From: Antedon mediterranea
Lineage: Eukaryota > Animalia > Echinodermata
Direction: 5' to 3'
Assembly: GCF_964355755.1 (NCBI RefSeq)
Contig: NC_092676.1
Span: forward strand, 14,960,871-15,024,870
DNA: 64,000 nucleotides
In this document: in pieces, positions 37,511 through 49,700 of the stretch
Numbering within the stretch: the first letter of the stretch is position 1
How the letters are laid out: every line of letters begins with the position of its first letter
The notes under the pieces: generated by a model
What the model was told of the DNA's origin: nothing
The model's input: the letters and a program-made list of their open reading frames with translations, nothing else
Database searches by the model: none
Made by a program: the position numbers and the translations under genes

Positions 37511-40500
37511 GGTTATCCGCACTTGGCGGATAACCTCTTGTTATTGTCAGGATCTTTTTTTTTTTTTTTTTTTTGTGATTGTAAATATCTTTTTCATCTT
37601 CTTTGTTATTATTATTATATTAGTTATCCGCTTAGTAGCGGATAACTCCTTGTAATCGTCCTGTTTCATCATATTTTTTTTTTTTTTCTGTATTATACTT
37701 CTTTCCTTCTGTCATTTTTGTGCGTCGCGTTTCTCTAAAACTTGTAAACAGAACATATCGTAACTTTGTCAACATATCGACATTTACGTGAACTTGTGCA
37801 CCTCCTATTTTTGAATGACGTCAGAGTTGCGCAACGTGACTTACGCGCGATTTTATGAATTTCAATGATTGATCATAGACTAAAAACGAAACATAATTTT
37901 GTTTTGACACTTTGTGAAAATTTAAGTCACATCAAGCGCAAACTTTCTATGGATTAAAAATAGCATGTTTCACAAAAAGTTACGCGCGCACGCGCGTTTA
38001 AAATTTTAGAGTGCGAAAAATCAACTTCTAATCAACTTTCTATGCGTTTCATGTCATTTTGAGCATGTCAAAAATTCCCACGCGCGTGAAACTTTTTACG
38101 CACGCGGTACACACGTAGCGTTAAAAACATATTTTTTTCGCGTGATTTATGTTTTTTCAGCCTTTTATAGTAATGTTACCAACTTTTAAACAATTTTGAC
38201 TTAAAATTACGTCATACGAGCACGTCGAATTAAATAATTTGCACGCGTTTCTGGTGAAAAAGTTCAAAAATTCGTCAAAATTATGCCTATTTTTAAACAG
38301 TCATAGATTCTAAACTACATGGAGAACTTTTTTTAAATTACATATTCTGGAAGTTGATGAGTTGTAGATATTGAATCATGCATTAATATGGCTAACCGGA
38401 CATTGTGACGTCATCGTATGGCCACGCGAATATAAAATATAGGATTTTTGTCTCTTTCGTCATAGCTCATCACATTTAATAGAGCGCATCTCCACTTATT
38501 CGTTGTCCATTTTCACCCCGATTTTAATATATTCTAGGTCAATCAACTATCTTTTGCATGAATTAAAAATTTTTTAATTTTTTTAACGTCATCATGCCTA
38601 AAAATTTAAATTACATTGGTCATTAATTTCATCTTTACAGTAAATTTTAATCTGTTATAGCTCGTAAGAATAAAATGTGATAATCACGATTAAAACGTTT
38701 TCAGGAAGCTATTGTATAGTAGATACAAAATCATGTGAAAATTTTGCCAATCGAATGTTGTGACGTCATCATATGGCCAGTTAAATACAAAAAGTCGTAT
38801 TTTCATCTTTTGCGTTATATTTCATTACATTTAAAAGATAGATTCTGAAATTTCTACTTTTGCATTTCATTTTGAAACCGTCAAGATGTTAAAAATTACA
38901 ATAAAATACGGGTCCCGTAATTTCACCTATTTTACACTGTTTGTGATATGTTTACAGATTGTACTGTGTTACTATGTATATGACACAAAATAACAGAATT
39001 CAGAAATAACAACATATCATATTCTTCAGTTCAGGTCATAATGCCTTAATATTTTTCTGTGTGCAATATTCTAACGTATGACGTGCACGTGGCGTTTGTC
39101 GAGCGGATAACTAACTCGTCAAAGTGACGAGTTTCATGTCTAGTTCTTCTTTCTTTCCCGGATTTTTGTGACCAGCATATCTCTATTACTTGTGAACATA
39201 ACTTTGTATAACTTGGTAAAAAGATTGACATTGAAGTGTAGATGTGCAGCCAAGCTTTTGGACGATGTCATAGCCGTGTTGCGTAAGTTACGCGCAATTT
39301 TATGAATTTCTATTACTGATCATAACTATAGAACCAACAAATATTCTTTCATGAACCTTAGTGAAAATTTAAGTCATATCAAGGGCAAACTTTCTATGGA
39401 TTAAAAATGGCATGTTTCACAAAAAGTTACGCGCGCACGCGCATTTAAAATTTCAAAATGCGCAAAATTAATTTCTAATCAACTTTCTAGGCTGATCATG
39501 ACATTTTGAGCATGTCAAAAATTCCCACGCGCGCGAAAAAAATTACGCGCAAGGTGCGCACGGAGCATGAAAATCATGTGTTTTTATCTTGAATTGTAAT
39601 TTTCCAGCCTTTCCTAGTCATTTTAAAAAAGATTGACATCATTTCAAATTAAAATGACGTCATACGAACACGTTGATTTAGACAATTTGCGTGCGTTTTA
39701 GTTGCAAAAGTGACAAAATATTGTCAAAATTATGCCTACTTTGAATCTATTATCAATTTTTTTAATTTAATATGTAAGCAGATATGTTGTAGATATGCAT
39801 TCATGCAGAATCTTTACCCCTCGGATGTTATGACGTCATCGTATGGCCACACGTATGTAAAATATTGGATTTTTGACTGTTTCGCTATTGCTCGTTACAT
39901 TAAATAGAGCGCATATCGCTTATACGCATTCCATTTCCTCATATATTTTAATACTGTCTAGGTCAATCAACTATCTTTCGCATGAGTTAAAAATATCTTA
40001 ATTTTTATGACGTCATCATGTCTAAAAATGTAAAAAACGCAGTTCACCTTTTTTCATCTTTACAGTAAGTTTCAATCGGTTATAGCTCGTCAGAATAAAA
40101 AGTGATAATCATGATTAAAACGTTTTCTGAAAGCTATTGGATTGTAGATACAAATTCATGTAAATGTTTTGCCAATCATGTATGTTGTGACGTCATTATA
40201 TGGGCAGTTGAATTCAAAAGGTCATATTTTCATCTCTTGCGTAAAAGTTCCTTGCGTTTAAACGAGAGCGCATCTCTCTTTTACGTGCCCAAAATTCCTC
40301 AAATTTGTATTAATGTAATTATTTAGATAATTATCTTAATATAAAATATCTTTATATGTCAATTTGATGACGTCATCGTGTTAATAATTGGATTTAAAAG
40401 ATGGGTCTCGTAATTTCGTCTATGCTACACTGTATATTACATACAATGTATTCTGTAAATACTGTAATATGCTGTATGCTACAAAATAGGTACAATTCAA

Positions 40501-41769
40501 CACTGTAAACATACTTAATTCATGTCATAGGATGGCATAACAATTGTCGAAGTTCATAGTTTAAAGTATGTGCATGTTGCGTTTGCGCGGATAACCCGAA
40601 CTCGTCAAAGTGACGAGTTCAAATCTAGTTTTGCTATGTTATTCTTCTTTCTTTCCCAGAATTTTGTGTCACGTGTATCTCAAATTCTGATCAACATTAC
40701 ATCGTATAACTTTGTCAGAAGATTTACCTCTATCTGTAGAAGTGCAGGACAGCTCGTTTTTTTACTTTAGGGTCGCGCAGCGTAAGCTACGCGCAATTTT
40801 ATGAATTTCGCGTATTTAACATAGACTAAAAAGCAAAAGTCATTTTGTAATGACACTTGGCGAACATTTAAGTCATGTAATGCGCAAACTTTCTATGGAT
40901 TAAAAATCGCATGTTTCACAAAAAGTTACGCGCGCACGCGCGTTTAAAATTTCAAAAGGCGAAAAATCAATTTCTAATCAACTTTCTACGCGTTTCATGT
41001 CATTTTGAGCATTTCAAAAATTCCCACGCGTGCGCAATTTTTTTACGCGCGCGTGCGCACGTAGCGCAAAAACATCATTTTTTTGCTTGATTTTTGTTTT
41101 TCCTGTCTTTTTTAGTAAATTTACCAACTTTCAAACAATTTCAACTTAAAATCACGTCATACGAGCACGTAGAATTAAATAATTTACGCGCATTTTTGAT
41201 GAAAAAGTTCAAAAATTTGTCAAAATTATGCCTTTTTTTAAACAGTCATAGATTCTAAACTACGTAGTGAACTTTTTAAAAATTAAATATTCTGAATGTA
41301 GATGAGTTGTAGATATCGAATCATGCATCGATTTGGCTAACCGGACATTGTGACGTCATCGTATGGCCACACGAATATCAAATATAGGATTTTTGTCTCT
41401 TTCGCCATAGCTCATCACATTTAATAGAGCGCATCTCCACTTATCCGTATTCCATTTTCCCCCATTTTTATATATTGTCTAGGTCAATCAATTATCTTTC
41501 GATTGATTCACCATTTTTAAAATTGTTATGACGTCATCATGTCCAAAAGCGTCAATAAGTTTGGTCACTTATTTTCACCTATTCTGCACTGTATACAGTA
41601 TATAGTGTATACCGTATATACTTAGACGTGACACAAAATAGAGGGCGCACTCACATTTTTTTCAATGGCATAATCGTTTTTCTGCGCGCAATATTTTAAC
41701 GTATGACGTGCACGTGGCTTTTGCGCTGCGGATAACCTAACTCGTCCGTAGTGACGAGTTCAAATCTAG
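37511..41769 (+). mobile_element. Cluster of three related non-autonomous Helitron/Helentron (HINE-like) elements
   Basis: 5' palindromes GTTATCCGC..GCGGATAAC at 37512-37534 and 37622-37647, each followed by T-rich tracts. Three homologous bodies, each ending GCGGATAAC + hairpin AACTCGTC..GACGAGTT + CTAG (ends at 39143, 40628, 41769). Confidence 0.82.
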
Positions 41770-41770
41770 T

Positions 41771-44025
41771 ATTTAATTGTTTTTAATCATTCGAGAAAAA
41801 AATTCAGTGCACTCCATAATTTTTCTCGTGTACTGTAAAGTCACGTTGTCTCTCAGGACTAATTAATTAATAGAGTATTAACATTCTTCGAATGAGGTTA
41901 AATAAATATTATTTTTTATTTACTAATCTTTTAATATCATATTTTATTGAATTTTACAATGTTAATACACAAAATATTTTACTAAAAAACGTGATTTTAT
42001 GTACTTATTTTACCGAAAAATGGAGTAGGCCTACAGTAGTTCATACAACTGCTGACTGAGGGGGAAACATGTTTTTTTGGCTAAAAACGATCACTTTCGG
42101 TGATGTTTTAGCCCTTATATTTTGGAATCTACAAGCCAGATTTTCCTAATTATTTCTTTAATTATAATTTATAATAATTTATACAGGCCTCGAATTTGGG
42201 GATTTTAGGGGCAAGGCCATTTGGCCTCCGGTTTTCATTGATTTTAGGGGCACCAAGGCCAAATGGGAGGGCACCAAGGCCATTTGTTTTAAATCAAAGG
42301 GGCAAAATTAAAAAATAGCTTTGTTTCCGGTTGAGGGTGGAATTTTTTTCAAAAAAAAAAAATTCTTCCCGCAAAATGTTTTGGGGATTTCCCCCTTTTC
42401 ATCAGATTACGTAGTAGTAGTAGGACTGTCTACAATACATATCTTTTTGTATTTCATATAAATATTACGTGTATTAATACGATCTACTGTATAATAAATA
42501 GGTACGATGTTCAGCGTTTATAGTTTACCGTCCTGTGTTGAATGTTTCGTTTAGTTTTAAATAATGCGATAAAAAGGCATGTGAAGCCAACCAAGCAACC
42601 CCAGAACAGGTATAAAGACCCTAACAACAGCAAGCTTCTCAGCCTTACCATGGAGGTATAACCTCCATGGCCTTACTTAGCTAGCAGCCGACGGACGGAG
42701 AAAACATGATACAAAAACAATTTGTTTGTAGGCCTTACCTACAACTATTCATACACAGAGTGTTAACCACGGTAAAAATCAAGCCAATGACATTATGTAG
42801 TAGAATATAAATTATAGTTATTTTCCGAGTTTCGATTTCTGAAGTTTTTTGTTAGTATAATCCATATTTATAAGAATTCAAAACACGGACGGACACCGAC
42901 CCCTTTCTCTCTCCCTGTTTAGCCTTCTGCACGTGTATTGTGGACTATACCATTTCCTTGAGTTCGGTAAAAACGCGTTTGGTAATTTAGTGTATGACGT
43001 TGTTAAACAAGATTTTTCGATGATCTGTCTGCTGGATTATTGAGGTGGGTGCGATAAAATATAAATATGATATACTTCCAACGATCTTCGGGTTGAGGTG
43101 CAGGTTTAACTTTGGTGCTAAAAGTAAACACCCCTAATTGTACACGTATAATGGACTACACCATGCAGGAACGCACATGGTATTTTCTTATCAGAGGATG
43201 CGTGTACGTCAAAAGGAATTGTTTTTCCAATGAATTGAATTGCGTGTGTTCGACCGTATCGGCGGCGGGAGGATAGGCTAGCTAGGAGTGCGTGTAATTT
43301 TTGTTCATCGAAGGCGGCTAGCTCGATTATTGAGGTGGGGTGGTGCGACTTTAATACATTCAGTAACCTCCGATCGAGGAACGTTTTTAGCTTGATTATT
43401 AAAAGTGTACACCCCTGTATTTTAATGTACTATCTATACCATGATTTACCACGCACGGCGGGCCGGGATGATTTTGATTACACAATGTTCGATGTTTTGT
43501 TAACTGTTTGTGTAAATAATAAATGCGTTTTAGGGAAATCCCCTTGCAACGAAGACAGGCGATAGTTTTGCGTCTCGTCCGAGTCGTGTAAACAAATCTT
43601 CTTGACATTATTTTCTATCTAATTCAGTGATTTTTATTGTGGTAAAACTCGGGAAGGGCACTCGCGGCCAACGTAAAAAAAGGGCAGGCCAGTAGTGGCC
43701 GTAGGTGCTATTCATTTTCGAGGGCATTGAGGCCAACTGGGAGGGCACCGACGGCACTGGCCGCGGTAAAATTCGAGGCCTGTTTATATACTAAAAACCG
43801 TGATATAAACTTTTGAATAGTACATCGTTATCCCTAATATAAATAGCATTTCCATAGAAAATAACGTTTTTCTGACGGCGACTCAACTTGGCCTAATCCC
43901 TAGCGGCCTAGTCCTGAGACATTGACAGTGTGACTTTGGACCTGCCTGGTGGTACACGCGAGAAAAATATTATGGAGTGCACTGAATTTTTAACTTGCTT
44001 GATAGATTCAAAACAATTAAATTAT
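41771..44025. mobile_element. Older TIR element hosting a nested insertion
   Basis: 41771-41865 (ATTTAATTG..AAATTCAGTGCACTCCATAAT..CTCAGGACTA) is an inverted match to about 43908-44025. Its internal part 41876-42022 has an inverted paralog at about 35686-35836. Confidence 0.6.
42184..43782. mobile_element. Non-autonomous TIR element with 6-bp TSD (hAT6-like)
   Basis: 14-bp TIR CAGGCCTCGAATTT/AAATTCGAGGCCTG, TSD TTTATA at 42178-42183 and 43783-43788, subterminal GGGCAC/GGCC repeats at both ends. Confidence 0.82.
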
Positions 44026-44453
44026 TAAATCATCCATCAAGCCCGGGCCTACTACTTTTTACTGGGCTAGACCTAGGCTTCAATGTGATGTGGATGCAAT
44101 GTATAGATGGTCTACAAACTAGCAGTTGCCATTTAATTTAAAATGGACCTGAAATGGAATTTCGATTTTCAAGAAATTCACACATGTTATTTAAATGTAT
44201 AAAATTAACACAAACCCATACAAATAAAAACAAAATGTATAGTATTTTGAGTAAAAACGAAATTTTAAGATACCATGGTAAATTAGCGAAAATTACTCAC
44301 GCCATTGCAATATTCTATTTTAACGGCCGTCGGAAGCCTCTATATTCACGACGTCACATATACACACGATGATATATCGAGAGCGTGTATGCCGCCCGAT
44401 AGTCAGTGAATGATCGACGGCCTGGAAAGATACGCGAAGCGTTGACACTAATA

Positions 44454-44576
44454 CAGTCGACTCCGCCTAAGTCGAACCTAGGCCTAGCATTTTTTTAGGA
44501 AATCTGTAAGTCGAAGTTCGCGTAACTCGAATTTTTATACCGGTCCCATTAGATTCGACTTAGGCGGAGTCGACTG
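44454..44576. mobile_element. Tc1/mariner-pogo-type MITE
   Basis: 23-bp TIR CAGTCGACTCCGCCTAAGTCGAA, preceded by TA. Confidence 0.75.
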
Positions 44577-44954
44577 ATACTAATTTATTCAATATCTAAT
44601 GTTGTTGAAATATAGGTCCCTAAAATGTACTTCGTTTGTTCTAAAACCCGAATTTAGAAGGCCTACCTCCCAAACCTTTACTAGGCCTAGGCCCCCCAAT
44701 CCAGCGCGCGGAGTCGATCCACCACCCACATCATGCGGCGAGGCTCCGTTTCATGTGCATCCAAGGACCAAAGCGATATCAACAACTTGCTTCGCTCATT
44801 GTCAAGCCAAAGTAAAAATATGAATAAAATTCGTTTTCGAACTGCCTGATTCGTGACAAATAAATTATCATCTCATATTACTAATTTAATTATGCTAAAC
44901 TAAAAACTAAAGAAACTAACACATTTTAGCAGTATAAATTACGAACGATATACA

Positions 44955-45770
44955 AAATACAAAGTAATCCATTTTGGATATAGAAATGGTATGTCTCAGT
45001 ATTTTATTGGAGAAGGTCTTTCCAAAGTGATCATTGAGAGTGTAACACAAGAAACCGATCTGGGGATTTTAATAGATCATAAATTGAATTTTTCGGCTCG
45101 TACTACAAAAGTTGCTAGATCTGCAAATATGATGCTGGGGATCATATGTAGGTCCTTCAAATATCTTAATAGCTCTAGTTACATGTATCTGTATAAAGCT
45201 ATGGTTAGACCCAAGATGGAATATGGAGGTAGCTCATGGATCCCACTATATCAAAAAGATAAAGACAGACTGGAGAAAGTTCAACAGAGATCAACAAGGC
45301 TGGTGTCCGAATTAAGACACAAACCATACGAAGAGAGGTTGAAGGCTTTGGACCTACCTACGTTAGTATTTAGAAAGAAAAGGGCTGATGTATTACAAAC
45401 ATTTAATAAGTATGAGAAAATAAATGATGAGAAGCTCTTTGCAAAATCTAATTATAAACAAACTAGAGGACACAGTTTCAAAGTCTCTAAACCCAAGATA
45501 AAATTAAACGTTAGAAAGAGTGCATACTCGGTAAGAGTGTGGTAGATGATTGGAACTCATTACCCAGTCATGTAGTAGAGGCACAATCGGTCAATGAGTT
45601 CAAATCGGGCATTGCTAAATATTGGTCTGACCACCACATCAAGTTTCGCCCGTACGTACGTTAATGAAGAGTTTGCAGTTATGACGATGGAGGGACAAAT
45701 GAGCTAGCCTACCCTACTAGGCTAGGCCTAGTTCTCAATGTCCGAAGTTCAAGGTAAATTCAAGGTAAAT
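44955..45770 (+). mobile_element. 5'-truncated CR1-type LINE 3' end
   Basis: ETDLGILID, LYKAMVRPKMEY, LEKVQQRSTRLV, YEERLKALDLPTL, TRGHSFK, then frameshifted WNSLP. Short tandem tail TTCAAGGTAAA x2. Confidence 0.9.
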
Positions 45771-45974
45771 TGTAGCCTGGACTAGCCTCTAGGGAGATCC
45801 GCCTCTAGCCTAGCCTAGTAGGTTGGTTCACAGGCTAGGCCTAGCTTAGCTAGGCCGTACCGTAGTAGGCCTAGCTAGTTTTAGGGTCCTAGCCCTACTA
45901 GGCCTACTAGGGCTAAGCCTAATGTAACGGCGGCTGAGGAAAATCTAGGCCTAGCCTAGCCTAGGCCTACTTAC

Positions 45975-46560
45975 AAAATAAATACTTGAAGAAAGATATA
46001 TAAAATAAAGCAAATACTGTACTTCTTTAGCTGTTGTTTTGTGGTGGGTGAACTCCTCTGTAGTTGATTAACGTCGTGCAAGGCGAGCTGATGATATGAT
46101 TTTTTGAATACAAACGCTTTTATGTGCCGCCCATGCGCAGCATGTGTGAGGTGTTACGTTGGCAAATCAGATTACTCTGATTGGCCAATTTTCAATTCAT
46201 ACGTAGGGACATCGCAAGTAAATAGGGGGCGCTGCACATATAGTAAATAGAGGGCGCTGCGCAATTTTGTCTCACCGTCGTACCAGGAAATTCCCGGTGA
46301 CTACGTAATTTTAATAATTCTTCTTTTCGATATAGGTCTAACTAGGCCTAGGCCTAGAATTTGATCTTTGGCGCAATACGATTAATAATAATCTGTTAAT
46401 ATAGGCCCTCCAATTATTTCGTAACAGGGTCGGCTGTTAAACTGATTAATGTTGCTAGGCCTAGGCTAACTCTAGGCTAAAGTCTAGCCTATTCAAGTTG
46501 ATTTTCAGCAGCAGCAAGGCCCAGGGATACCCTCTAGGCTTAGTAGTTCGCAGGAGTGAG
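45975..46560. promoter_or_regulatory. Candidate bidirectional promoter for kinesin-14 (-) and BRCC36 (+), with a probable non-coding first exon of the kinesin
   Basis: Minus-strand GTAAGT donor at 45974; TTTGAA (CHR-like) at 46103; GATTGGCCAAT double CCAAT at about 46179; two copies of AGTAAATAGRGGGCGCTGC (46217, 46242); TTTGGCGC (E2F-like) at 46367; locally CpG-richer. TSS positions are inferred. Confidence 0.55.
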
Positions 46561-46701
46561 TGAGTACACTTGCTTCGCTCTCAAGCAAGGAGGAGGAGGA
46601 ACCACATCACAGAAAATAGCCGTGCCATCTAGCTAGCCTACTAACTAAGTCTACTCTGGCCCTACAGTGTCTATAAATTGAAAAAATAACAAAAGTCTAC
46701 A

Positions 46702-49700
46702 ATGGCAATATCATGTGTACATTTAAAAGCAGGTGCATATATGGTATGTCTTACTCATGCTCTGTCTACAGAACGAGAGGAAATCATGGGACTTTGCATT
46801 GGAGAAGTAAGTTTTCATACTTTTAGTTTCATACTTACCTAACCTTACTAGGCTATGTGCTGGATGATGATACTGGTCATGTTTTATTTTGGTCAGTAAT
46901 GAAATATGTTTTCATGTTTTATAGGCCTATAAATAATATACCACTAAATACGGTAAAACATTTGCGAATACTTTGTTAAAACTGTCACTATATCATTTAT
47001 AGTCGATTGAAATAGTAAATATGTAACGATATACCACTACAACGTTTATATTTTTTGTAATTATTAATTAATACAAACGTTGAGAAGCAACTGTCAGTAA
47101 TATAATAATAAAGTTTATTTTAATTAATGTGTTTATATCAGCAGGGCCTACCCACACTCACAGTAATAAAGTTTATTTGTATATGTGTTTTATATATCTA
47201 ACAGTACCCACAGCACACTCACAGTAAGAAATTTGCGATTCAAATGTCGACCAAAAATGGTTAATACGTATTTACAGTATTGTCAAAGTATTTCAATACT
47301 AAACTATAGCTAAAGATTTTAAGTATATCCCCAAGGACCCATAAATTTACCTATTTGTGTTACACCAAAATAATTATACTGTGACTTAGAGATTGGAATG
47401 TTGCATTCACCGCAAATCAATACATAAACGTATGTTAAATCTATCAAAATAATGTTTTTTAAGAAAATCTTCAACATTTTGATGCTGTAGGCCTACTCGA
47501 ACTGTTCAACCGGTTTTCAGCTATTAAAAACAATTATCGTAGAAGGATAGTAAATGCGAATAATTAGGGCCTACCCACACTCACAATAATAAAGTTTATT
47601 TGTATATGTGTTTATATATCTAACAGTACCCACAGCACACTCACAGTAAGAAATTTGCGATTCAAATGTACATATTTTCAGTATTGCAATACTATATCTA
47701 AAGGTTTTCAGTTTATTCCCCGAGGACCCATACATTTACCTACTTGTGTTAAACCAAATAATTATACTGAGACTAGAGATTGGAATGTTCCATTCATCGC
47801 AAATCCACATTTGTATAAACTTATATTAAATCAAAATAGTATTTTTTTTAAAAAGTCTTCAACATTATGATGCTGTACTCAGTTTCAGCTATTAAAAACA
47901 ATTATCGTAGAAGGAGACACTGTAGGTAAATGCGAAGCATCCTCGTATTATTGTGTGCATGTATTTTTCAAGATGGACTGGTTAAAATCAGTACCGAAAG
48001 TATGAAACAACTTTATATACCATACCATTGAGTAAACATTCTAGAAGTAATGCGCGATTTACCGAATTTTGCCCTTACGTAAATTTATATATAGATACAG
48101 AATTACCATGGAAGCACCAAATGTTTGTTGTTATACCATGGTTATACAATTCTTAAGTTCTTTATTAGATTATTGATTCAAATGAAATTTGTTTATAGGT
48201 TGATGTAAATCGTGTTGTGCATATTGTATCTGTTATAATGCTGAGAAGATCTGATAAACGTAAAGACAGAGTAGAGATTTCACCAGAGCAGCTTACACAT
48301 GCAGCTTCTCAAGCTGAAATATCCTTTTTACTGTTTAATGTATTTTTTGGACCACATTATACAGCATTATATACACAGTTAACTACACATACCCTCTAGT
48401 CCCCCTCTAGTAGTTATACAGCATTATATACACAGTTAACTACACATACCCTCTAGTCCCCCTCTATTAGTTATACAGCATTATATACACAGTTAACTAC
48501 ACATACCCTCTAGTCCCCCTCTAGTAGTTATACAGCATTATATACACAGTTAACTACACATACCCTCTTGTCCCCCTCTAGTAGTTATACAGCATTATAT
48601 ACACAGTTAACTACACATACCATCTAGTCCCCCTCTAGTAGTTATACAGCATTATATACACAGTTAACTACACATACCCTCTAGTCCCCCTCTAGTAGTT
48701 ATACAGCATTATATACACAGTTAACTACACATACCCTCTAGTCCCCCTCTAGTAGTTATACAGCATTATATACACAGTTAACTACACATACCCTCTTGTC
48801 CCCCTCTAGTAGTTATACAGCATTATATACACAGTTAACTACACATACCATCTAGTCCCCCTCTAGTCCCCCTCTAGTAGTTATACAGCATTATATACAC
48901 AGTTAACTACACATACCCTCTAGTCCCCCTCTAGTAGTTATACAGCATTATATACACAGTTAACTACACATACCCTCTAGTCCCCCTCTAGTAGTTATAC
49001 AGCATTATATACACAGTTAACTACACATACCCTCTAGTCCCCCTCTAGTAGTTATACAGCATTATATACACAGTTAACTACACATACCCTCTAGTCCCCC
49101 TCTAGTAGTTATACAGCATTATATACACAGTTAACTACACATACCCTCTAGTCCCCCTCTAGTAGTTATACAGCATTATATACACAGTTAACTACACATA
49201 CCATCTAGTCCCCCTCTAGTAGTTATACAGCATTATATACACAGTTAACTACACATACCCTCTAGTCCCCCTCTAGTAGTTATACAGCATTATATACACA
49301 GTTAACTACACATACCATCTAGTCCCCCTCTAGTAGTTATACAGCATTATATACTCAGTTAACTACACATACCCTCTAGTCCCCTCTAGTAGTTTTAATT
49401 ATGTTAGTGGTACTCAAGTCAATGCATTGCAAGTATTGCTTTTTAATTTCTATTTTTCTCACGACACAGATGACACATGTCATCTAAATCATAGCCTTGA
49501 ATAGAATATATTCATGTTTCTTGTAATTTTCGGGAAAATGGAACAATATAATGATTTTTAATAGAACAAATTCTGAATCCAATCTGCCAAGTGCACTATA
49601 GTGCCAATTTCACAATTTAACAGTCAATCAGTACAGCAACACAGATTACGCAAATAAAAACCTCGACCATCACAGGATCTGATTTATTGGTGAATGTGAA

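Noticed and set aside
35686-42022. One 6.3-kb element bounded by the inverted 35686-35836 / 41876-42022 pair
   Set aside because: The right copy lies inside another TIR-bounded element and no TSD was found; more likely two separate copies in opposite orientation.
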